From an archaeon (GTDB lineage Archaea > SpSt-1190 > DYHY01), in the NCBI GenBank assembly GCA_037442745.1, contig JBBIPP010000005.1, forward strand, positions 1 to 14,875: DNA of 14,875 nt, in the 5' to 3' direction. The position numbers and the translations under genes were made by a program. This document shows positions 1-7,401 of the stretch, one piece after another (within the stretch, counting starts at the first letter, position 1; each line of letters opens with the position of its first letter). Below the pieces are notes generated by a model. That model saw only the letters and a list, made by a program, of their open reading frames with translations. It searched no databases and was not told where the DNA came from.

Positions 1-39
1 GAAAGTTCGTATTGCGGATTTTTCGATAATCTTTGTCAA
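1..39 (-). CDS. Possible 5' end of a gene running off the window (TTG start, MTKIIEKSAIRTF...)
   Basis: The frame is open to the window edge. A minus-strand TTTTTATA box starts at 71, 32 nt before the TTG, the same spacing as other genes here. Only 13 codons are visible. Confidence 0.3.
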   Translation of the reverse strand, partial: MTKIIEKSAIRTF

Positions 40-99
40 GGGTTTCAACAGTCCCGTTCCCGGTATAAAAAGAGACACTATTTTTTAATGGTTATTCCT

Positions 100-747
100 T
101 TAAATTCCGTCCCTTTGCCTGAATAGTCCAGACAGGGAAAAGCCCCTTGATTTTTCCGCAGAAACTATTGCGTCAACAGTCCCAAAGGGATAGATTTTCC
201 CCGTTCTCGGAAAATTACCCTTGATTACATTATGGCTTCCCGCACACTCGAGTTCAGGAATTGTTGAGAACCCCTTTGAAAAAATGGCGAGGGCGCTCAA
301 TGGAAGGAAAGCTAGGCCCGAAACGTCCAAGGGTTCCGGCCGGGAACTGCTTTTTCCAAGGAAGCTTGCGGAGAAGAGTTGCCAACTCTCAGGCCCTTTC
401 AGATAGACTCTCCGGAAAACCAGTGCAGGCTTGACTCTGTCCGAAAGGGAGACCTTTCTGACTGAATTGTCATAGTCAATGAAATAGGTTTTTTTCGCGG
501 ATTCTATTTCTGGAATAATTCCCGCCTCTTCTCTTGCCTCCCTGACTGCCGCCCCGAAAAAATCCCCGCAATCAGCCTCTTCTGGGAGGAGCCCTCCACC
601 GATTGCGGAAATCCTCATTGCGTTGTTCAGGGGCTCTTTCGAAATCCCTTTCCTGTCTAGGGCAAGGCAGAGCTTTCCCGAATGAAGGAGAAGGAGCCCG
701 GCCCCGAGGCTCGCATCCTTTGGCGCAAGCTCAATTAGGGATTTCAT
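100..747 (-). CDS. Nudix hydrolase
   Basis: Nudix box-like GGGLLPE...AAVREAREEAGI, preceded by the beta strand GAGLLLLHSGKL. Confidence 0.85.
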   Translation of the reverse strand: MKSLIELAPKDASLGAGLLLLHSGKLCLALDRKGISKEPLNNAMRISAIGGGLLPEEADCGDFFGAAVREAREEAGIIPEIESAKKTYFIDYDNSVRKVSLSDRVKPALVFRRVYLKGPESWQLFSASFLGKSSSRPEPLDVSGLAFLPLSALAIFSKGFSTIPELECAGSHNVIKGNFPRTGKIYPFGTVDAIVSAEKSRGFSLSGLFRQRDGI

Positions 748-767
748 TTCTGAAAACTTGCAGTTAG

Positions 768-780
768 CTTAATAATAAAT
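768..780. promoter_or_regulatory. Shared AT-rich TATA-like element between divergent genes
   Basis: TTAATAATAAA at 769-779. Minus-strand TTTATTA is 32 nt from ATG 747; plus-strand TAATAAA is 33 nt from ATG 806. Confidence 0.5.
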
Positions 781-805
781 GCTGTCTTTTGGAAGCTCGC
801 AAACA

Positions 806-2134
806 ATGAAGAATTGGAGGGATGTTGTGCTTTTTTTGTCGGCAGTTTCGCTCGCGCTCTTCTTCTCGCTTTTTGCGGCTAAAATATCCGTTTTTTCAGG
901 AGAGCCGTCTGGCTGGGACTATTTCTATCACGAACGCGTAGTCTCCCTGTCGATTGAAGAAGGAAAACTTCTTCCGTTCGACCCACTCTCGGCAGGCGGA
1001 AGAACTCACACATATCTTCCGTTCTTCCATTCACTAGTTGTCGCCCTCTCATTATCGGCCGGCCTCACAGGGGAGTTTTTTCTCAGGGCAAGCTCGCCTG
1101 TTTTTCTCTTTCTTTCTGCGCTCTCGATTTTTATCTTCTCAGGAGGGAAAAAGCAGGCCATCCTTGCGCTTGCATTCTTCTCAGCATTCCCAGACGTCCT
1201 CCTCTTCTCGGCATCCTCGGGAATGCCCTCGGTTGCAAGCCTGTTCTTTCTCTCAATCCTCGTTTTCTCCCTCTTTTCGGGCAAGCCGATCGGAACCGGA
1301 CTTTTCGCAATTCTTTCTCTTTCCTTGGGCACTCTCCACCAGATTTCAGCGCTCTCATTCCTTGTCTTTTCCGCCTTGATTTTCGTTTCAAGGAGGGATT
1401 GGCAAGTCCTCTTGTTCGGAGCGCTTTCAATAGTTGCCCCGGTTTACTGGGCTTTGCTGTTCAAAACAACTGTTCCGAATTGGGGCAGGTCTCCCGGGCT
1501 CTCTGCCCTTGCGAATCCCCCGTTTCCGCTCCACGTCCTCGTTCCGCTCGCAATACTCGCCCTTGATTTCATTTTCATGGCAATGGACAGGAAGAAAGCG
1601 GAAGCTTTTTTCCTGTCTGGAATTTTCCTCGTTCTCTCGTTTTTTTCTCCAGTCCTTCCCTCGAGGTTCCTTCTCTATCTGGGATTCTTCCTATCTCTTT
1701 GGATTGGACAAGTTTCCTGGAAAAGCTGGGCGATTTTCGGCCTTTCTCTCGCGCTTGTTCTCTCGGCATTTGGGACATTGAAATGGGCTTCCCCGATACT
1801 CCAGGCCGAAGACAGGGAAGGCCTCTTCTGGATTGATTCGAACATTCCCGGACGGACTGTTCTTGGCCACACAGACCTCACCTCAGTTTTCCTAATTGGG
1901 CATGCGAAAACAATAATTGACGGATATTCCGAAGGCCTTCCCGATGCATATGAGAGGCAAGCGGTGATAAAAAACGCGTATGAAACGGGCAATTTCTCGG
2001 GGATTTCCGGAAAATACGGCGCTAATTTCCTCTATACGAACAAAGGGGAAAGACGGATTCTTGGAGGGTTAAGGGAACCCGGTCCTGTTCTTTTTTCGAA
2101 CGGATACTGCAGGATTCTCGGAATTGCCAATTGA
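806..2134 (+). CDS. Polytopic membrane protein, GT-C fold glycosyltransferase-like (AglB/STT3-related paralog)
   Basis: Many hydrophobic segments. After TM1 come GWDYFYHER and FDPLSAGGRTHTYLP, resembling the AglB DxYYHxR and FDP...YPP loop. The C-terminal soluble domain EGLFWIDSNIPGRTVL...TIIDG resembles the STT3 C-terminal core. Start placed at ATG 806 because ATG 779 lies inside the TATA element. Confidence 0.7.
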   Translation: MKNWRDVVLFLSAVSLALFFSLFAAKISVFSGEPSGWDYFYHERVVSLSIEEGKLLPFDPLSAGGRTHTYLPFFHSLVVALSLSAGLTGEFFLRASSPVFLFLSALSIFIFSGGKKQAILALAFFSAFPDVLLFSASSGMPSVASLFFLSILVFSLFSGKPIGTGLFAILSLSLGTLHQISALSFLVFSALIFVSRRDWQVLLFGALSIVAPVYWALLFKTTVPNWGRSPGLSALANPPFPLHVLVPLAILALDFIFMAMDRKKAEAFFLSGIFLVLSFFSPVLPSRFLLYLGFFLSLWIGQVSWKSWAIFGLSLALVLSAFGTLKWASPILQAEDREGLFWIDSNIPGRTVLGHTDLTSVFLIGHAKTIIDGYSEGLPDAYERQAVIKNAYETGNFSGISGKYGANFLYTNKGERRILGGLREPGPVLFSNGYCRILGIAN

Positions 2135-2142
2135 CTTCCAGT

Positions 2143-2160
2143 GACAAAACAATTATAAGG
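2143..2160 (+). promoter_or_regulatory. Archaeal BRE/TATA promoter
   Basis: GACAAAACAATTATAAGG: a purine-rich BRE followed by TTATAAG (2153-2159), 33 nt upstream of ATG 2186. Confidence 0.6.
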
Positions 2161-2185
2161 AAGATGGAAGAAACATTGGGAAGAA

Positions 2186-2278
2186 ATGGAAAAGGGACTG
2201 GTATCCGGAAAGGATTTCGCAGGGCCCCTTTCAGTTCTCCCGATTCTTCTCAGGGAAAGCTACCATATGCATTGGTAG
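2186..2278 (+). CDS. Putative 30-aa small peptide MEKGLVSGKDFAGPLSVLPILLRESYHMHW (not in the supplied ORF track)
   Basis: Translated by hand from ATG 2186 to TAG 2278. The TATA-to-ATG distance of 33 nt matches the 31-34 nt seen at other genes in this window. No homology evidence. Confidence 0.4.
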   Translation: MEKGLVSGKDFAGPLSVLPILLRESYHMHW

Positions 2279-2429
2279 AATTCTCCGGGAAAAGCAATAT
2301 CAAGTTTTTTTCGGACCGGACATTTGGGCAACTGCGCTGCTTTGTTCTTTGTTCGCAGAAAAAGGAAAGGTGAAAGAAAAAAGGGATATTGAAAAATGGA
2401 AAAAGAAAATGGAAAAACGCCGGAAATGA

Positions 2430-3662
2430 ATGAAAAGTCTGAGATGGAAGCGCCCCTGCGAAGGGGTCTCTCCTTGGTTCATTGCTGAGCTAATTAATGA
2501 ACTTTCTGAGCTGTCCGAAGGCTGGCTCTCGGAGAAAAATTCACTGAAACTCCTTCTTTGGACGAGGGGCGCACGGCTCACTGAAGGCGCCCGGGCTATT
2601 CTTTCGCAAGCAAATCCTTTCGGGGTCAAGAGGGGCGGATATTCCCAAGCGTATTCAATAACAATCGGGGAGAAAAATATAGGCGCGAGGGTTTTCGAAA
2701 AACGGGATTCAGGAATCCTGATATCTGGGGATTCTTCGGCTCTTGAAATATCGAACTTGTCCGGAAATATTATTTCAACAGCCCTGCCAGTGGAAGCTCC
2801 CAGCTTGTATTCGGAAAAAGTTTCCGGAATAAGTCTCAGCTCGATAATAACCGCGCACTCTGAAAATCAGCTCGTCTCAATGCCGTATTCCTACTGCTCT
2901 TTCTTTGAAAAGAAAAAAGTCCCTTGCGGATTCTGTGGTGTCGGGGCAAACAAGGAAAGAATTGTTCCTGTCAATTTGTTCGAGGAAGCAGTCAGGAAGG
3001 TTGCCGAGAAAACCCCCGGGAAAATTCGCCTGACAATAAACGGTGGAGAGACAGAGGGAAACGGAAGTGGAATTGAAAAGTTGATTGAATGCGCGATTCC
3101 ACTACAAGATTTAGGAAATGAAGGGCGTCTCTACCTAGCATGCGAAGCTATGCCTCCTGAAGATTTGAAATTTTTATCAAAAGCAGCGAAATATTTCGAC
3201 GGAATTTCAATGAACGCGGAGGTCTGGGAAAATTTCAAAATGAGAGAAATCGCTCCGATGAAGCCAACAACACAGGAATATATGAACGCCTTGTTGTTTG
3301 CAGAGGAAATCTTTCCGAAAGGATCAGTTGCAAGCGCAATCCAGCCTGGGATGTCCGGGGTTAATGAAACGCTCAATGAATACTCAGAACTTGCAGAACT
3401 TGTGATTCTCCCGGAAATTCTCCCATATGTCCCGACAAATGGAAACAGGCTAGGAAAAACCTTGAAGCCAATGGATGAACGAGACTTGGCTTTGATTGCC
3501 GGAAAGACTGGGCCTATTCTTTTGAACGCCGGACTCTTTGGCGTGAGGGAAAATTGGGCAGGTTGCACTGACTGCGGATATTGCAACCTTAATGACTCGC
3601 TCTACATTGCTTTTCTCGAAAAGAAAACAGAAATAAAAAGGGAGGCGACCTACAATGCCTGA
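2430..3662 (+). CDS. Radical SAM protein, MSMEG_0568/NitD-like (COG2516-type)
   Basis: Atypical CX9CX2C motif (CSFFEKKKVPCGFC), GG motif (TINGGE), MPPEDL, MNAEVW, PYVP, N-terminal KRGG and C-terminal AGCTDCGYC. The start codon is uncertain. Confidence 0.8.
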   Translation: MKSLRWKRPCEGVSPWFIAELINELSELSEGWLSEKNSLKLLLWTRGARLTEGARAILSQANPFGVKRGGYSQAYSITIGEKNIGARVFEKRDSGILISGDSSALEISNLSGNIISTALPVEAPSLYSEKVSGISLSSIITAHSENQLVSMPYSYCSFFEKKKVPCGFCGVGANKERIVPVNLFEEAVRKVAEKTPGKIRLTINGGETEGNGSGIEKLIECAIPLQDLGNEGRLYLACEAMPPEDLKFLSKAAKYFDGISMNAEVWENFKMREIAPMKPTTQEYMNALLFAEEIFPKGSVASAIQPGMSGVNETLNEYSELAELVILPEILPYVPTNGNRLGKTLKPMDERDLALIAGKTGPILLNAGLFGVRENWAGCTDCGYCNLNDSLYIAFLEKKTEIKREATYNA

Positions 3663-5025
3663 AATGTCAACAGAAGATGTGTCCTTCCAGCCCGTCCGGG
3701 GGACGAGGGATTTCCTCCCGGCGGAATTGAACGTCCGAAACAAGATTGTCGAAATTCTCGCGAAAACAATTGAAAAGTACGGATTTCTTCCGGTAGACAC
3801 ACCTGTTTTCGAGAATTTTTCCTTTCTCTCAAAGAAATCCGGGCCTGAAGTCAAGGAGCAGATATACTATTTCAAGGACAAGGGCGACCGCGAGCTTGGG
3901 CTAAGGTTCGACCTCACAGTTCCGATTGTGCGAGTTGTCTTAAACAACCCACAGATGGCAAAACCCCTGAAGCTCTATTCAGTGAACAAGGTCTGGAGAT
4001 ATGAGGAGATTTCCCCCGGGAGATACCGGGAGTTCGCGCAGGCGGATGTTGAAATACTCGGATCCTCCGAGACAATTGTCGATGCTGAAACAATTGCTGT
4101 TGCTGTGGGAATTCTCCGCGTCTTTGGGATTCCAAAAATAAAAGTGAAGATAAACAACAGGGACATTCTTGAGGGGTTCGCAAGGAGCGTCGGAATAATT
4201 GAGGGAAAAAAGGATTCCTTCTTTCGGGCAATTGACAAGAAAGAAAAGCTCTCTGAGGATGCTTTCAGAAAGGAGCTCTTGTCTGCGGGCGTTCCGGATG
4301 AGAGCATCGGCCGGGTGATTGAATACTGCTCTTTTTCGGGCGATTTCTCCAAAGTCCTGAAGCTTGCCGAAACGAGGCTTAACCAGAACTCCCTTGTGAC
4401 GGAAGGGCTCGGGAAATTAAGGAAGCTCTTAAGCCTTCTTCGGAACTATTCGGTCGACCAGTTCTGCGAGCTAGATCTCTCAATTGCGAGGGGCCTTGAC
4501 TATTACACCGGGATAATATTCGAGATAAAGGCCGGGAGCTATTACCTCTCGGTTGTCGGGGGCGGGCGCTATGACAGGCTCCTCGGGCAGTATTCCGGAG
4601 CGGAAATGCCGGCAACCGGTTTTGGGCTCGGTATTGACAGGCTCTATGAGGTTCTTGAAAAGGAGGGAAAGCTTCCGAAAGGGGATGCTGGGAGCAGAGC
4701 GCTCGTAATACCTATTGGCGAGACGGCTCTGGCCAAGGCAATTGAGCTTGTCTCCTCAATTAGGTCCGCCGGGATAAATTCCGAAATCGACCTTCTCAAA
4801 AGGAGCGTTGGGAAGAACCTCGAGTTCGCAGACAAGGCGAAAATAAAGTTCGGAGTAATTGTCGGGAAAAGGGAGATTGCTGGAGGTTTTGCAACTGTGA
4901 AGAACTTGGAGACGGGAGAGATTGGGCAGGTTTTGTTCTCACAAGTTCCCTTCTTCATTTCCGGAAAATTGAATTCTCCAGAGCCGGAAGACTCCTACTC
5001 AAAAGTTCCTGAGGAAGGGAACTAA
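3655..5025 (+). CDS. hisS: Histidine--tRNA ligase
   Basis: VRGTRDFLP, LRFDLTVP, WRYEE...GRYREFAQADVE, ARGLDYYTG, GGGRYD, GFGLGIDRL and a C-terminal anticodon-binding domain. Overlaps the radical SAM gene by 8 nt. Confidence 0.98.
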   Translation: MPEMSTEDVSFQPVRGTRDFLPAELNVRNKIVEILAKTIEKYGFLPVDTPVFENFSFLSKKSGPEVKEQIYYFKDKGDRELGLRFDLTVPIVRVVLNNPQMAKPLKLYSVNKVWRYEEISPGRYREFAQADVEILGSSETIVDAETIAVAVGILRVFGIPKIKVKINNRDILEGFARSVGIIEGKKDSFFRAIDKKEKLSEDAFRKELLSAGVPDESIGRVIEYCSFSGDFSKVLKLAETRLNQNSLVTEGLGKLRKLLSLLRNYSVDQFCELDLSIARGLDYYTGIIFEIKAGSYYLSVVGGGRYDRLLGQYSGAEMPATGFGLGIDRLYEVLEKEGKLPKGDAGSRALVIPIGETALAKAIELVSSIRSAGINSEIDLLKRSVGKNLEFADKAKIKFGVIVGKREIAGGFATVKNLETGEIGQVLFSQVPFFISGKLNSPEPEDSYSKVPEEGN

Positions 5026-5099
5026 TAGGAGATGATCCGAAAAAAGTGCTCGTCTGAGATTTTCATGAAATTTTGTGGGGGCTCTTTTGGGGATTCCTA

Positions 5100-5114
5100 G
5101 AAAACTTAAAAACC
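5100..5114 (+). promoter_or_regulatory. BRE/TATA promoter of the MFS gene
   Basis: GAAAAC-TTAAAAA (5106-5112), 32 nt before ATG 5138. Confidence 0.55.
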
Positions 5115-5137
5115 CCTTTTCCTGATGAACCCAAACA

Positions 5138-6325
5138 ATGGACAAGAAAATCAGGGAAAAGCTGCTGCTTTCCTTGAACATTTTCCTCCAGTTCCTAGGG
5201 CACTCCACATACGGAGTTTTCGTCCCGATTTTCATACTAAAGGAAGGGTTTTCCCTTGAAGAGCTCTTTCTCTACGGAATTTCCGACGGCCTGGGCACAA
5301 TTCTCGGGGCAATAATTGCGCCGGCGCTGATAAGGAAATTCGGGCTAAATTTCCCGCTTGTCTTCCGGGCGATTTTCCAGCCAATCTGGCTCGTCCTTTT
5401 CGTCAACAACAGCCACCTGCCATTTCCGATTCAGGCATATGGCTTTGTTTTCGGGATTTTCACCTGCATCTACTGGGTCTCCGTAACTACATATACGGTC
5501 AATTCGAGCAGGGATAAGGAGAGGGGCTTTTTCGCAGGAGTCACTTCCTCAATGATATGGTTCGCTTCGATTATTGCCCCTCTTTTCGGGGCTTTTGTGA
5601 TACGGATTTTCGGATATTCCGCCCTTTTCGCATCCGCAATTCTGGTATTGTCCCTTGCAATAATTCCCGCTCTCCTCCTTCCGAAAATAAGGTATGTTGG
5701 CGCCCAAAAGCATCCGGAAATATCTGAAAAGAAGAGAATACTCGGGGCAATTGTTCTCCTCTACATAATTATCGGGGGCTCGGGGATTGCACTCTATTAC
5801 GCCTGGCCGGTCTTTGTCTACCGGCAAATTGGAGGTGAGCTTGAGGTTGGGCTTCTCGCATCGCTCGGGTCTTTCTTCGGCCTCGCCGGGGCTCTGTTCG
5901 GTGGCTGGATTTCCGACAAGGCGAACAAAACAAGGATAATTGCGACATCTGGAGTTGTTCTCGCTTTCGGATGGTTTGCGTCCGCCTTTGCCAAAGGGGC
6001 TTTTTCCCTCTCGGCAATTGTCTCGCTTAGGAGGTTTTCAGACGAGGTGACTGCGAATTCCCTTTTCGCCAAATTCTCGAATATTTTCGCGGAGGACGAC
6101 CTTGTTCTTCGGATGGGGGAGAGGCAGCTCGCAATAGGGACCGGCCTCGTCCTTTTCGGAATTCTCGCGTTCCTCGTTCCCTTGGAGACTTTTTTCGTTT
6201 TCATCGGAATGTTCTTCCTGCTCTATTCAGCAATAATCTCTGACATGCATTTCAGTACGAGGAGGAGGCTCGCGCTCTCGAAAGGAACAATAACTTTGAT
6301 TGAGCGCGTCTTCTACAACAAGTGA
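5138..6325 (+). CDS. MFS transporter
   Basis: About 12 hydrophobic segments in 395 aa, MFS motif A variants (ALIRKFG; GWISDKANK) and ERGFFAG...IIAPLFGA. Confidence 0.9.
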   Translation: MDKKIREKLLLSLNIFLQFLGHSTYGVFVPIFILKEGFSLEELFLYGISDGLGTILGAIIAPALIRKFGLNFPLVFRAIFQPIWLVLFVNNSHLPFPIQAYGFVFGIFTCIYWVSVTTYTVNSSRDKERGFFAGVTSSMIWFASIIAPLFGAFVIRIFGYSALFASAILVLSLAIIPALLLPKIRYVGAQKHPEISEKKRILGAIVLLYIIIGGSGIALYYAWPVFVYRQIGGELEVGLLASLGSFFGLAGALFGGWISDKANKTRIIATSGVVLAFGWFASAFAKGAFSLSAIVSLRRFSDEVTANSLFAKFSNIFAEDDLVLRMGERQLAIGTGLVLFGILAFLVPLETFFVFIGMFFLLYSAIISDMHFSTRRRLALSKGTITLIERVFYNK

Positions 6326-6338
6326 GAATTGGCTTTTT

Positions 6339-6752
6339 TCAGAATTTCAGGCGCCTTCCACTGGAAACCTTCTCCTTGTGCTTGGGGATTGTTATTGATA
6401 GCCGTCCGTCCTTCAATTCCGGTTTCGCCTTTTCCGGAACAACTATGAACGGGAGGGAGAGTGCCCGGTAATAGGATTCGCTCTTGTTCCCGGCGGAGAC
6501 TGTTATTGTGTGGTCGGTAACCAGTATTGAGATTTCCCCCCTCTTGAAGGACGAGAGCCCGTTGAATACAACTTTTGTGGAGCTGGGCGAATCCTTGAGG
6601 TGTATTCCGCCCGAGAACCGGAGGAACTGCATCTCAAGATCGGTCAGCCGGGACACGAGCTTCTTCTCAAGGGAGACTAGCCCCCGCTCGAAACCTGAGA
6701 CTGCCTGTTTTTTCGCTTTCTTGGTTTTCGGTTTACTGGGCTTTTTTGCCAT
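6339..6752 (-). CDS. hsp20: Small heat shock protein, Hsp20/alpha-crystallin family
   Basis: EISILVTDHTITVSA...YYRALSLP...AKPELKDGRLSITIPK alpha-crystallin signature. Start taken at MAKKP (6752); a minus-strand TTTTAA lies about 33 nt upstream. Confidence 0.85.
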   Translation of the reverse strand: MAKKPSKPKTKKAKKQAVSGFERGLVSLEKKLVSRLTDLEMQFLRFSGGIHLKDSPSSTKVVFNGLSSFKRGEISILVTDHTITVSAGNKSESYYRALSLPFIVVPEKAKPELKDGRLSITIPKHKEKVSSGRRLKF

Positions 6753-6870
6753 TTTTCGCAAGAATTGGGATTGGCTTGGTTAAAAATCCGAGGGGTTGTT
6801 CTCTTGTTTTCCTGGACAAAAACGCTGACAATTGCCAGCAAATGCTGGTCTCAAGATTGGCAAGAGGTCC

Positions 6871-6888
6871 GGAAAACCTTTAAAAAGC
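6871..6888 (+). promoter_or_regulatory. BRE/TATA promoter of the rpl37ae operon
   Basis: GGAAAACC-TTTAAAAA upstream of ATG 6923. Confidence 0.6.
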
Positions 6889-6922
6889 GACAAAAAATGC
6901 CTATCTGAAAGGTTAATTGAAA

Positions 6923-7234
6923 ATGGCAACGAAAAAATCAATGACTACCGGCCGGTTCGGAGTCCGCTATGGAACAAAAGTCAGGAAAAGGATTTCCGAA
7001 ATAGAGGCTCTCCAGAAAAAGAGGCACGAGTGCCCAGTCTGCCACTATATCAAAGTCAGGCGGGTTTCAATGGGAATCTGGTATTGCTCTCACTGCTCAG
7101 CCAAGTTCGCAGGTGGCGCATGGACTCCAAAGACAGAGGCAGTCTCCCCGATTGCGCAGGCTGCAAAGACAGAGAAGGGATTCGAAACCGACTCTAGCGA
7201 ATTCGAAGAGCCCGTTGCCAAGAAGAGGAAATAG
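6923..7234 (+). CDS. rpl37ae: 50S ribosomal protein L37Ae (eL43)
   Basis: GRFGVRYG, CPVC...GIWYCSHC...FAGGAW zinc ribbon. Confidence 0.97.
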   Translation: MATKKSMTTGRFGVRYGTKVRKRISEIEALQKKRHECPVCHYIKVRRVSMGIWYCSHCSAKFAGGAWTPKTEAVSPIAQAAKTEKGFETDSSEFEEPVAKKRK

Positions 7235-7250
7235 GAAGGAGCATGTCGCA

Positions 7251-7385
7251 ATGTACAAATGCATGAAATGCGGGAAAGAAGTGAAGACTGATCCGAAAGA
7301 AAAAAGGATCCGTTGCCCCTATTGCGGATACAAGGTCCTTGTCAAGGCAAGGAGCGGAGTGGCAAAGACAATAAAGGCTAGGTGA
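7251..7385 (+). CDS. rpoP: DNA-directed RNA polymerase subunit P (Rpo12)
   Basis: MYKCMKCG...IRCPYCGYKVLVKAR...KAR, a GGAG Shine-Dalgarno at 7238-7241, and the conserved position after rpl37ae. Confidence 0.96.
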   Translation: MYKCMKCGKEVKTDPKEKRIRCPYCGYKVLVKARSGVAKTIKAR

Positions 7386-7401
7386 GAGGCTCACTTTGTC
7401 A

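Noticed and set aside
2276-2278. TAG readthrough joining the two 30-aa ORFs
   Set aside because: An in-frame TGA occurs before 2396, and TAG is used as a normal stop at rpl37ae.
2131-2373. 80-aa ORF (TTG 2131 or ATG 2164) in the ORF track
   Set aside because: No recognisable family. The TATA box lies inside it and ATG 2164 is too close to the box. It is not fully excluded, because the TTG overlaps the upstream stop codon.
2145-2429. Third-frame open stretch (KKWKRDWYPER...MEKRRK)
   Set aside because: No standard start codon until its last third; probably a result of purine-rich composition.
7113-7250. N-terminal extension of rpoP and the out-of-frame ATG 7243 minigene (MSQCTNA)
   Set aside because: The extension overlaps rpl37ae, and RpoP similarity begins at MYKC with a suitable Shine-Dalgarno.
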